From contig OZ242311.1 in the NCBI GenBank assembly GCA_965207885.1, positions 6,144,001-6,208,000 on the forward strand: a DNA stretch of 64,000 bases. Reading direction: 5' to 3'. Position 1 is the stretch's first letter, and every line of letters begins with the position of its first letter. Below are positions 20,341 through 29,496 of this stretch, one piece after another. The notes beneath the pieces are model-generated. The model did no database searches, was not told the DNA's origin, and saw only the letters and a program-made list of their open reading frames with translations. A program made the translations under genes and the position numbers. This DNA is from Candidatus Latescibacterota bacterium. Lineage in GTDB: Bacteria > Latescibacterota > UBA2968.

Positions 20341-21309
20341 ATGACAATCTCCCTCGACCCCATCCGCGACGATTTGATCGCCTGGGCGGAATCCCTCTAC
20401 CTCCCGGACACTGGAGCCTTCCGCAACGGCGACATACCTGCGCCCAGCCTTCCGAGTACCCTCTTCATCACCTATATCCTGTACAGCATGGACGCGCTCG
20501 ACGCAGTCGCGCTTGACCGCGCAAAATGGATCGCCTGGATCCAGTCACAACAGAGCGAACAGGACGGATCCTTTGCCTTCCCACCCTCAAACAGGCGGGG
20601 AATCGCATTTTGGAACGCAGTTCGCGCACTCAATATGCTGGGTGCTCAGGTCCTGAAATTCCCCGACGACCAGCGCGGCGCAACAACCGTCACCGGACTC
20701 CACCAGTGGTTCAAAACGTGGAAAACATCCGGCGACACCCATCACGAAGTCCTCGCGCGCGTACCCATGCTCGTCAGCCATCCAGACCCCGCCTGGGTCA
20801 ACACATTCTTCGACGAACTCGCCGCACAACAGCACCCCACGCTCGGAACATGGCCCGCTGAAGGACCCACCAACATCAGCCGCACCTTCGCCTACAGCCT
20901 GATCTACACCGGAATGGACAAACTCCCACCGCAAGCTGAGAAAATCATAGATGCCATGCTAAATCTCCAGGAAGAGAACGGCTTCTGGCACGGACGCCCC
21001 AACTTTTCAACCATGGACGCGGTCTATCTCCTATCGCGACTGCCAAAAGCCACCAGGTGGTGGCGCGAGACAGAAGCAAACGCCGCGCTACACCGCACAG
21101 CAGATGCGCTCATCCCCTATTACAAAGCACACGCAGAACGCGACAAGCAGGACACCCATCAATTCGCGGCCACCGTACAAACATTTGCCCTGCTATACGA
21201 AGCATTGTCCCAGCGATTTGCAACATCGCACCCGTGGCAATTCGGATGGAGCAACAGGGCATTCTGGCAGTGCCGCGTAATCAAAGAGAAACTAACCGTC
21301 CATTATTAA
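20341..21309 (+). CDS. Prenyltransferase/squalene-oxidase-repeat-like alpha-toroid protein
   Basis: QW-like repeats WIQSQQSEQDGSF, QQHPTLGTW, LQEENGFW. Confidence 0.5.
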   Translation: MTISLDPIRDDLIAWAESLYLPDTGAFRNGDIPAPSLPSTLFITYILYSMDALDAVALDRAKWIAWIQSQQSEQDGSFAFPPSNRRGIAFWNAVRALNMLGAQVLKFPDDQRGATTVTGLHQWFKTWKTSGDTHHEVLARVPMLVSHPDPAWVNTFFDELAAQQHPTLGTWPAEGPTNISRTFAYSLIYTGMDKLPPQAEKIIDAMLNLQEENGFWHGRPNFSTMDAVYLLSRLPKATRWWRETEANAALHRTADALIPYYKAHAERDKQDTHQFAATVQTFALLYEALSQRFATSHPWQFGWSNRAFWQCRVIKEKLTVHY

Positions 21310-21527
21310 CACACGAAAACGGGTCAAGTCCAAGATACGAACACTGGATGAGGCCCAGTTCCCAACGGCATTCGGCTTGGCGATGGAAGCAGAGGAATAC
21401 ACACAGGTAAGGGAGAAGCAGGTCAAAGAGGCACTATCGGACATGGAGCATCTGGGGCTGGACGATCGATCTACTGATGAACCTGATGACCCCAGCATGG
21501 ACATTATAGATCAAGAACAGAACGCAG

Positions 21528-21584
21528 ACAGGACCTGGTCTGGGGATCGAACTCGACGAAAGCGGTCGTCAATAAACATCGTGC
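21528..21584 (+). pseudogene. Remnant copy of the 3' end of the dehydratase gene (48567-48629), cut by the TnpB element
   Basis: 30/33 identity over acaggacctgg...ctcgacgaa; continues as ATAAGGT at 22867 beyond the element. Confidence 0.85.
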
Positions 21585-21750
21585 GTGACTACTCCCAACG
21601 CTAAAGCAGTTGGGCTTCTTGGCGGTCAATCCGCCTGACGTTGTAGCCCCAACGTCAATATGTTTATCGCAGCATTGTGGTCTCTGTCCGTCTTATAGCC
21701 ACACGCCTTGCAATGATGCACACGCTCAGAAAGTGCTTTCTTCTCTCTAT
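21585..21750 (-). ncRNA. Predicted TnpB omega/reRNA scaffold (upstream boundary approximate)
   Basis: TnpB guide RNAs are known to derive from the right end overlapping the tnpB 3' end; right-end hairpin is visible; extent is inferred. Confidence 0.5.
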
Positions 21751-22750
21751 GTCCGCATGCAGAGCAATCTTGTGACGTATATTCAGGATCAACGGCCTTG
21801 AATCCAATACCAGCCTCTTCCGCTTTGTATTTGAGACAGTGCCGAAACAGGGACCATGCTACGTCTGCTATTGATTTAGCCAATCGTCTGTTCTTTTGCA
21901 TCTCTTTCACGTCCAATTTCTCTACGGCTATGAATCCGTGACGATTGACCATTTTTCTTGATTCTTGATGAGCAAAGTTATGTCGTTTATTACGGATACG
22001 CTCATGCACTCTACCAATGACTTTACGACGCTTTTCTCTTACAGCGTCGGTCTTGGGTCTTTTTTTCACCGCGTCCCATTTGCGCTGTGTTTTGGCAAGA
22101 GATTTCTCTTCTTTCCTAAAGAATCTCTGATTCTCTATTTTCTGTCCGTCACTGGTCACAGCAAAGGAATTGAGACCCACGTCAATGCCAACAGCAGAGC
22201 CAGCGGTTGGTTTCTTCTCTTTTTCGCCAATATCGCAAGAGATAGACACAAACCACTTGCCTGTTGCTGTGCGTGTGATTGTGCAAGACTTAGGGATACC
22301 CTCAAGTGACCTGTGCTGGACAATGCGAATGCAACCAATACTGCCCAATCGCAAGCCCTTGTCGTCCAATCGACATCCATTGGCAAACTGAGGATAGGTG
22401 ATAGAATCATAGCGATGCTCATTCTTGTATCTGGGAAAGCCAGCTTTCTCGCCTGTCTCTGACTTCTCTTTGAGACGCCGAAAGAATCCTTTGAATGCCA
22501 AATCTACTCTTGCTGACACTTGTTGCAACACTTGACTATATACTTGCTTGAAAGCGGCGTGTTGTTGTTTTAACAATGGTATTGTTTTGGTCTGGTCATA
22601 TTGCGAGAGAGACTTATTCTCATTTTTCCATGCTTGTATTCTGGCACAGAGTAGTTGATTATAGAGAATACGACATTCGTCAATATGCGCCAGCAAGATT
22701 TGTTCTTGCTTTTTGGTCGGACGCAATCTGTATTTGAATGATTTAACCAT
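21626..22750 (-). CDS. tnpB: RNA-guided endonuclease TnpB
   Basis: FKYRLRPT HTH; RuvC triad GIDVG / AVEKL / DRDHNAA intact; CSAC...CKAC zinc finger. Confidence 0.95.
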   Translation of the reverse strand: MVKSFKYRLRPTKKQEQILLAHIDECRILYNQLLCARIQAWKNENKSLSQYDQTKTIPLLKQQHAAFKQVYSQVLQQVSARVDLAFKGFFRRLKEKSETGEKAGFPRYKNEHRYDSITYPQFANGCRLDDKGLRLGSIGCIRIVQHRSLEGIPKSCTITRTATGKWFVSISCDIGEKEKKPTAGSAVGIDVGLNSFAVTSDGQKIENQRFFRKEEKSLAKTQRKWDAVKKRPKTDAVREKRRKVIGRVHERIRNKRHNFAHQESRKMVNRHGFIAVEKLDVKEMQKNRRLAKSIADVAWSLFRHCLKYKAEEAGIGFKAVDPEYTSQDCSACGHREKKALSERVHHCKACGYKTDRDHNAAINILTLGLQRQAD

Positions 22751-22872
22751 AATAAAAATATATACTTATATGCATTTTTTGTCAAGATTTTTATCGCTAA
22801 AGCAATACCAAAATCACAAGCCCTCATATCCCAACGCTAAAGCTGTTGGGTTTTACGGGCTGTTTGATAAGG

Positions 22873-22901
22873 TTGCGTAAAATTGCAACATTTGCTATAA
22901 T
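22873..22901 (+). promoter_or_regulatory. Sigma70-type promoter of the TA module
   Basis: TTGCGT-17 nt-TATAAT with extended -10 TG. Confidence 0.55.
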
Positions 22902-22937
22902 TTATTGCTTCCATGACATCATTAAAGGATTTTAGCC

Positions 22938-23192
22938 ATGAGTAAAATGATAAAAACAAAAGTAACAGCGCAAGGGGTTTTGATCCCTCGGCAGTTGTTA
23001 GAAGGAATAGAGGAAGTAGAAATAAAAAAAGAAAATGATGTGATTACAATTATGCCGACGGGACAGATGAACGCCTGCGGTAGTAGTACACAGCTTGATC
23101 CCATTTGGAATCTGGGTGAAAATCCAGTCGAATGTGGTATTTCAGATGCTTCCGAACAGCATGACAAATATTTGTATGACACATCTTCATGA
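22938..23192 (+). CDS. Putative antitoxin (AbrB-like N-terminus)
   Basis: TKVTAQGVLIP; C-terminal DASEQHDKYLY; ATGA overlap with PIN gene. Confidence 0.7.
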   Translation: MSKMIKTKVTAQGVLIPRQLLEGIEEVEIKKENDVITIMPTGQMNACGSSTQLDPIWNLGENPVECGISDASEQHDKYLYDTSS

Positions 23193-23602
23193 ACACAAAT
23201 ATATTCTTTCTTGATACAGGTTATCTCATTGCCCTTGAAGCTTCTAACGACAAAAATCATACACGCGCAAAAAATCATTGGCGAACTTTTATTCGCACAC
23301 GCCCGTCATTAGTGACCACTTCCTTTGTGTTTGATGAAGTGGTCACTTTTTTTAACAGTCGAAATCGGCATGATAAAGCAATTGAAGTTGGCACACGCCT
23401 CTTGAATAGCCCTTCTGTTCAGCTAATCCAAGTAGATGACTCTCTTTTTCGCAAAGGTTGGGAATATTTCGAGCAACATTCAGATAAGCTCTACTCTTTG
23501 ACAGATTGCATTTCATTTGTTGTTATGCAGCAACGGAAAATTCAGACTGCCCTAACTTTTGATAGGCATTTTACTCAAGCCAATTTTTTGACCATTCCCT
23601 GA
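23189..23602 (+). CDS. vapC: VapC/PIN-domain toxin
   Basis: FLDTG, SLTDCISF, TFDRHF PIN motifs. Confidence 0.9.
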   Translation: MNTNIFFLDTGYLIALEASNDKNHTRAKNHWRTFIRTRPSLVTTSFVFDEVVTFFNSRNRHDKAIEVGTRLLNSPSVQLIQVDDSLFRKGWEYFEQHSDKLYSLTDCISFVVMQQRKIQTALTFDRHFTQANFLTIP

Positions 23603-23608
23603 ATCTCC

Positions 23609-23664
23609 TGAAAGTGGCATACTACAGGCGTATATGGTGCGTGGTTGGCTTTGAGTAGGACTAA
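23609..23664 (+). repeat. Diverged direct copy of the ogl 3' end (18332-18387)
   Basis: 46/56 identity; reads ESGILQAYMVRGWL* versus ESGILQAYMVRGWS*. Confidence 0.9.
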
Positions 23665-23695
23665 GCGGCCATCGCACAAACATCTCTGCCTTGTA

Positions 23696-23713
23696 ATATA
23701 ACATATGTTATAT
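23696..23713. promoter_or_regulatory. Perfect 18-bp palindrome, candidate operator upstream of the helicase
   Basis: ATATAACAT-ATGTTATAT, followed by TTGATA-17-TATATT promoter-like sequence. Confidence 0.5.
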
Positions 23714-23795
23714 GATTCTTGATATTCACCCGACCATATTATATATTCCGGTTGTCCAAAAATTGAGACATGACAGGTAGAAGGATATATCACCC

Positions 23796-26700
23796 ATGAT
23801 TTTAACTGACCTACCAGGCGATTACGCCCGAAGAATCAAAAACATCCGGGGCGTCAAAGAACTGACCCAAACGCAGTTCGCGGAGTGCATTGGTGTGTCC
23901 TATGCCTCAGTCAACCGCTGGGAGAACGGACAGTCGCGTCCCAACAATCTGGCCTGGCAACGCATCTTAGAGCTGGAAGCGTACCCCCATGATGGCATTG
24001 ATGAGGTACCGGCGATACCAGAAGTGAGATCAACATCTCCACTGAGCATGGACTTCTCCGCGAACCCGGACGCTATTTCAGCAGTCGCCGAAGCGCATCG
24101 CCTCACCTACGGACATCTTTTTAACTCTGCGTTTGCCGCTGAAACATCGTTGATCGACCCGCTACCTCATCAGCGCATCGCCGTGTACGAGCAAATGCTG
24201 CAACAGGCCCCCCTGCGATTCTTGCTCGCCGACGACGCGGGCGCCGGTAAAACGATCATGACGGGCCTGTACGTGCGCGAGATGTTGTCCCGCAGACTCA
24301 TCCGCCGCGTGCTCATCGTCCCACCTGCTGGCCTGGTTGGCAACTGGGAGCGAGAATTGCGCACCCTGTTTCACCTGCCATTCCGCATCATCAGCGGCGC
24401 AGACGCGCGAACCGGCAATCCCTTCCTTGGAGCAGAGAGTGACCGGGCAATCGTCAGCATCGACACTCTGGCCGGGGAACGCATGTTCAACTACCTCAAA
24501 GACCCGCAGACTGACGCTTATGACCTCGTCGTCTTCGACGAAGCGCACAAGCTATCCGCGAATCGCCAGCCGGACTTCAGGGTACGCAAAACGGATCGCT
24601 ACAGGCTGGCAGAAGCCCTATCTGGCGCTGAGGTAGATAGTGAAGACTGGAGACTCCCCTGGTCGGCTCAACATCTGCTATTGCTCACCGCAACGCCGCA
24701 TATGGGAAAGGATCACCCCTACTACTATCTATGGCGTCTGCTACTTCCCGACGCACTCTCTACCTATGATGCTTTCGAAGAGTTTCCCCAAGAATCTCGG
24801 CAGAAGCACTATATCCGCCGGACCAAAGAAGAGATGGTCCACTTTGATGGTTCCCCGCTATATCCACAGCGAAACTGCGACACATTGGGCTACGCACTCT
24901 CACAAGGACAAGAAAGCGAACAGGAACTCTACGACGAAACCACAGAATACATCCGGTATTATTACAACCGCGCTGGCATTTTGAACCGCTCCGCCGCCCG
25001 CCTGGCAATGAGCGTCTTCCAGCGCCGTCTCGCCAGTTCCACGTACGCCCTCCTGCGCTCCTTTGAGCGTCGCCATGAGAAACTCGAAGGACTGATTGAC
25101 GACATACAGAACGGGCGTCTCTCCGAGGAACAACTCTTACGCCAACAACGACGCCTCGACACTCTCGACGATCTCTATGAAACCCGCACTGCCGATGAGG
25201 ATGGAGAACAACAGGAGGGATTCGAGAGCGATGCTCTGGGCGGCACCATCGCGGTCAATCTCAGCGAACTGGAGACAGAACGTCTCAGGGTCGAAGAACT
25301 GTTCAACAAGGCCCAGAACCTGTACGACACTGGCGAGGAATCCAAATTCGAGAAACTGCGCGAGGTGCTCAGTAATCCGAAATACACCGACGAAAAATTC
25401 ATCATATTCACCGAGCACCGCGACACAGCGGAGTTCCTTGTGCGCCGTCTCGAAGGTCTCGGCTACACCGGTCAAGTCGCCCTGATCCACGGTGGCCTGC
25501 CGTACCAGGAAAGAGAGCGACAGGTCGAGTTTTTCCGCCGACCAGCGACGGAAGGCGGGGCCAACTATCTGGTAGCTACCGACGCCGCTGGCGAAGGTAT
25601 CAATCTGCAGTTCTGCTGGCTGATGGTCAACTACGACATCCCCTGGAATCCGGCGCGGCTCGAACAGCGGATGGGTCGTATCCATCGCTACGGACAAACG
25701 CACGATCCCGTAGTCATAATCAACTTGGTGTCCAGCGGCACGCGCGAGGGGCGGGTCTTGAAAACCCTTCTCGACAAGCTGGAGGCGATCCGACGACAAC
25801 TCCAATCTGACAAGGTCTTCGACGTCGTAGGCCGTCTGTTTGAAGAATACTCCATGAAGGACTATCTCGAACAAGCGATCACCGAAGACGCCGATACCCT
25901 TGCCGAACAACTGGAAGGCGATCTCACTGAAGAGCAAGTCCGTGCTCTCGAACAAAAGGAGCGCATGATCTATGGGGAAGGTGGCGAAGTGCGTAGCCGA
26001 TTACCCCATCTCAAAAAGGAAGCAGAGCAGGAAAACTACCGCCGGCTGCTGCCCGGATACGTGCGACGCCTCGTGGAAAAAGCCGCACCGCTACTCGACC
26101 TGCACATTGAAGGGGACCCCGAAGAAACCTTCACCCTGGTACCTGCTCGACCTCGTGCAGCTGATCCCCTGCTATCCGCACTTGAGTTGTATCCCGAAAG
26201 CGCGTGGAATCGACTGACAGTGTACAAGCCATTCACTCGCGAAAACGCGATCTGGCTACACCCCGGCGAGCCGGTATTCGACAGCATCTCTGCAACGATC
26301 CTGAATCGATTCAAACACGAGGGACTAAAAGGAGCCATATTCATCGATCCTTACGCAACCGAGCCGTATCTGTTCCACATCGCACTCATTTCCGTCGAAC
26401 AACACAGCCAGGTCAACACACAGGAGACCAATCTGCTATCTGCCCTCAATAATGACGAAACAGCCCCGAAACTGCTCGAATCGCGACTGGTCGGACTGCG
26501 CCAACTAAGCGATGGTACCGTAGAGGAGTGTGCGGTCGAGCATCTTCTTCTCCTCAGAGGTGCCCATGGCATTGCCCCGAGCCGGGTGCCACTTGCCACT
26601 TTTGCTCGCACCATGGCTCAGGATGCCGCCAATTTTATCCGCGATGAAGTGACCCAACGACTCGCACAAACACATCGACAGCGCATCCTCAACGATCTAC

Positions 26701-27392
26701 CCTCACGCATGGACTTTGTCAACCGCGGCTTCGACTTCCAGGCAGCCGAACTCGCAGCAGCCCGATCCCATCTCACCCAAAGGGCACGCACTGGTGATAG
26801 GCATGCCAATACAGAACTCACCAGAGTCAAAGAACAACAACGAAGCCTGACGGATCTCCGCAACCGTCGCCTCGCCGAACTACAAACCGAACCGGACCTC
26901 ATCCAGGCTGGTGAAATGGAATTCCTCGTCCATGCCCTCGTGGTACCCGTCCAGGATACCGGGGAAACCGAGCGTTACGATGCCGATGTCGAAGCCATTG
27001 CCGTAAAAGTCGCCACCGCCTACGAGGAAAGTTTTGGCGCTGAGGTCCAGGATGTCTCACGCCCCGAACTCGCACGGCGCGCGGGACTAACCGACTGGCC
27101 GGGCTTTGACCTCAGATCCCGCCATCCCGCAAATGACCAAAGCAACGCAGAAGAACGCGCCATCGAAGTCAAAGGCCGCGCTGGCTCCGGTAATATTCAA
27201 ATGAGCGAAAACGAATGGGCCAGAGCCTGCAACCTGCGCGATGATTACTGGCTCTATGTCGTCTTCGACTGCGCCACGCCACGCCCACGCCTCGTGAGAG
27301 TGCGCGACCCATTTGGCAAACTACTCGTCAGAACCCACGAATCTATTGCATTCACTATCACCTCAGGGGAACTGTTGGAAGCCGCCGAGTAA
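23796..27392 (+). CDS. XRE-HTH + SNF2-family helicase + DUF3883 (NOV-C-like) nuclease
   Basis: LTQTQFAECIGVSYASVNRWENG; ADDAGAGKT; DEAH; TATPH; QRMGRIHRYGQ; PGFDL...IEVKG...SENEW. Confidence 0.92.
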   Translation: MILTDLPGDYARRIKNIRGVKELTQTQFAECIGVSYASVNRWENGQSRPNNLAWQRILELEAYPHDGIDEVPAIPEVRSTSPLSMDFSANPDAISAVAEAHRLTYGHLFNSAFAAETSLIDPLPHQRIAVYEQMLQQAPLRFLLADDAGAGKTIMTGLYVREMLSRRLIRRVLIVPPAGLVGNWERELRTLFHLPFRIISGADARTGNPFLGAESDRAIVSIDTLAGERMFNYLKDPQTDAYDLVVFDEAHKLSANRQPDFRVRKTDRYRLAEALSGAEVDSEDWRLPWSAQHLLLLTATPHMGKDHPYYYLWRLLLPDALSTYDAFEEFPQESRQKHYIRRTKEEMVHFDGSPLYPQRNCDTLGYALSQGQESEQELYDETTEYIRYYYNRAGILNRSAARLAMSVFQRRLASSTYALLRSFERRHEKLEGLIDDIQNGRLSEEQLLRQQRRLDTLDDLYETRTADEDGEQQEGFESDALGGTIAVNLSELETERLRVEELFNKAQNLYDTGEESKFEKLREVLSNPKYTDEKFIIFTEHRDTAEFLVRRLEGLGYTGQVALIHGGLPYQERERQVEFFRRPATEGGANYLVATDAAGEGINLQFCWLMVNYDIPWNPARLEQRMGRIHRYGQTHDPVVIINLVSSGTREGRVLKTLLDKLEAIRRQLQSDKVFDVVGRLFEEYSMKDYLEQAITEDADTLAEQLEGDLTEEQVRALEQKERMIYGEGGEVRSRLPHLKKEAEQENYRRLLPGYVRRLVEKAAPLLDLHIEGDPEETFTLVPARPRAADPLLSALELYPESAWNRLTVYKPFTRENAIWLHPGEPVFDSISATILNRFKHEGLKGAIFIDPYATEPYLFHIALISVEQHSQVNTQETNLLSALNNDETAPKLLESRLVGLRQLSDGTVEECAVEHLLLLRGAHGIAPSRVPLATFARTMAQDAANFIRDEVTQRLAQTHRQRILNDLPSRMDFVNRGFDFQAAELAAARSHLTQRARTGDRHANTELTRVKEQQRSLTDLRNRRLAELQTEPDLIQAGEMEFLVHALVVPVQDTGETERYDADVEAIAVKVATAYEESFGAEVQDVSRPELARRAGLTDWPGFDLRSRHPANDQSNAEERAIEVKGRAGSGNIQMSENEWARACNLRDDYWLYVVFDCATPRPRLVRVRDPFGKLLVRTHESIAFTITSGELLEAAE

Positions 27393-27410
27393 CTCAGAAA
27401 GAAAAACGGC

Positions 27411-27710
27411 ATGAAATTACGACAGCCGCGCCATAGCAAAGAGGAATTCGCCCGACGTGGTCAGGCGATCTACGAACAACAAGTGAGGGCGCAAGTGGAA
27501 GAAGACAACTACGGCAGGATCGTAGCGATTGATATTGAAACAGGCGAATTCGAGGTAGCGGACGACCCACTTGCCGCCGCTGACCAACTTTTTGCGCGTT
27601 GTCCAGATGCACAGCCGTGGTTGATCCGCATCGGCCATCGTGCGCTATATCGGTTCGGGCAGCACAATCATGGGGTGGTGCCCAAGCCCGAACAGAGAGC
27701 CATTCTGTAG
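27411..27710 (+). CDS. Small conserved protein (DUF5678-like)
   Basis: EEFARRGQAIYE, GRIVAIDIETGEFE, RIG motifs. Confidence 0.65.
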   Translation: MKLRQPRHSKEEFARRGQAIYEQQVRAQVEEDNYGRIVAIDIETGEFEVADDPLAAADQLFARCPDAQPWLIRIGHRALYRFGQHNHGVVPKPEQRAIL

Positions 27711-27763
27711 AAGACCCTATTTCGCCAAAGCAATATCCCAATTCAACTAACGGAGATGACGAT

Positions 27764-29359
27764 ATGACGACTAACAGCAAATCTTCCAACGCAGCATCCC
27801 ACAACGGCCAATCCCAGAACGGTACGGGCATGCCGATGGAATTACGTCTGCACATAACAGATCCAGATTTATGCGACGAACTGAGCGGGTACCAGGAGGG
27901 AATGGAGCGCGATAATTTTGCCCTCTCTGCGCTGAAGATAGGCGTCATCGCTCTGCGTCAGGCACAAGGCCGCATTGACGCTGAACAGATTCGGCAGGCG
28001 GGGGATACCATTATCCAGAATATGGCTCAGGCTCTCAACCAGCATCAGCGTGACGTAACCGATAAAATCGGCGATTTCCTCAAAGATTACTTTGATCCGG
28101 AAAGCGGGCGGTTCAACGAAAGAGTGCAGCAGTTAGTGGGAAATGACGGAGAACTGGAGCGGATCATTCGCCCCCTAATCGAAGGTGACGGCTCCCAGTT
28201 AGCCCAGACTCTCATCGCCCATGTGGGCAAGGATAGCCCACTAATGCAAACCCTTAACCCCGACTCCGCCAGCGGCCTAATTGCCCAGCTTACACAATCC
28301 ACTGAGACCACGCTGAGTGCGCAGAGCGAGCGGATACTCAGCGAGTTCTCGCAGGATAATAAAGACAGTGCCATTAACCGCCTGATTGTACAGTTGAAGG
28401 ATAATCACGGAGAAGTTGGCAAGGCACTGGAAGAGCGCATCAGCGAGGTAGTCAGTGAGTTCTCGCTGGACAAGGAAGATTCAGCTCTTACCCGCCTGAT
28501 GAACGGAGTTGAACAGGCGCAGCGTCAAATCAGCAGCGAGTTTGACCTGAACCAGGAAGATTCCGCGCTGGCCCGGATGCGCAAAGAATTGCTGGACAGC
28601 ATCGAGACCCAACGTCAGACCAACGAGAAGTTCCAACGCGATGTAATCGAGAAGTTGGCTGAAATGACTGCCCGCAAACAGGAAGCCCAAAAAAGCACTC
28701 GCCACGGCCTGGAGTTCGAATCTGCCGTTTTCGATTTTATCAACCAACAGAGCCAAAACGCTGGCGACATCGCCACCCACACTGGCAATACGACGGGGCA
28801 AATCAAGAACAATAAGAAGGGCGATATAGTCATTGAGCTCGGCCCCGAATCTGCCGCTGCCGGAGCCAAGATAGTGGTTGAAGCCAAAGAGGACGGTTCC
28901 TTTAACCTGACGAAAGCCCTAGAAGAACTGGAGGTTGCCCGAAAGAACCGAGACGCCGACATTGGCCTCTTTGTCTTCTCCAAGACCACCGCGCCGGAAG
29001 GACTGGATGCGTTCAACCGCTACGGAAACAATATAGTGACCATCTGGGACAAAGATGACACTGCCAGTGACATCTTCCTTAATGTCGGGCTGTCAGTCTC
29101 CAAAGCCCTCTCCCTGCGCCCCAAGTCCCATAGCCAAGAAACAGGGGCTGATTTTGAGGCGATTGAAAAGGCGATCATAGAAATTGAACGGCAAACGGAT
29201 GGACTTAACGAGATTAGGACTTCTGCCGAAACCATTCGCAATAGCAGCGACAAGATTCTTAACCGCGCCCGCATAATGCGCGAAGGGTTGGACAAGCAAA
29301 CCGGCATCCTGAACGATAAGGTAGATAACTTACGCGAGGCGGTCGGCAGCGCGGTCTGA
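27764..29359 (+). CDS. Coiled-coil protein with RmuC/DUF2130-like PD-(D/E)XK domain
   Basis: Long heptad region then HGLEFE...KGDIVI...IVVEAK...ARKNRDADIGLFV; RBS ggag before ATG 27764. Confidence 0.65.
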   Translation: MTTNSKSSNAASHNGQSQNGTGMPMELRLHITDPDLCDELSGYQEGMERDNFALSALKIGVIALRQAQGRIDAEQIRQAGDTIIQNMAQALNQHQRDVTDKIGDFLKDYFDPESGRFNERVQQLVGNDGELERIIRPLIEGDGSQLAQTLIAHVGKDSPLMQTLNPDSASGLIAQLTQSTETTLSAQSERILSEFSQDNKDSAINRLIVQLKDNHGEVGKALEERISEVVSEFSLDKEDSALTRLMNGVEQAQRQISSEFDLNQEDSALARMRKELLDSIETQRQTNEKFQRDVIEKLAEMTARKQEAQKSTRHGLEFESAVFDFINQQSQNAGDIATHTGNTTGQIKNNKKGDIVIELGPESAAAGAKIVVEAKEDGSFNLTKALEELEVARKNRDADIGLFVFSKTTAPEGLDAFNRYGNNIVTIWDKDDTASDIFLNVGLSVSKALSLRPKSHSQETGADFEAIEKAIIEIERQTDGLNEIRTSAETIRNSSDKILNRARIMREGLDKQTGILNDKVDNLREAVGSAV

Positions 29360-29381
29360 TTTGGGTGAGACGGGAGTTCCC

Positions 29382-29488
29382 TGCACAGCCGTGGTTAGTG
29401 TGCATCGGGCACCGTGCGCTACATCGGTTCGGGCAGCACAATCATGGCGTGGTGCCTAACCCCAAACAGAGGCCCTTTCCGTAGAGGA
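29382..29488 (+). repeat. Diverged direct copy of the 3' end of 27411..27710 (27608-27714)
   Basis: 91/107 identity, ungapped, includes the TAG stop. Confidence 0.92.
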
Positions 29489-29496
29489 TACTGATA

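Larger units (their letters stand above)
21585..22866 (-). mobile_element. IS200/IS605-family, IS1341-type (tnpB-only) element
   Basis: Near-identical subterminal hairpins cccaacgctaaagc(a/t)gttggg near both ends; right end TCAC; left flank TTAT; removing the element restores cat cgt gca taa ggt. Confidence 0.88.

Noticed and set aside
20334-20358. Possible further copy of the dehydratase start (catgacaatc versus catgaaaatc)
   Set aside because: Too short to distinguish from coincidence.
21377-21604. 75-aa ORF as a real gene
   Set aside because: It is a chimera of an acidic gene fragment, the out-of-frame dehydratase tail and the IS right end.
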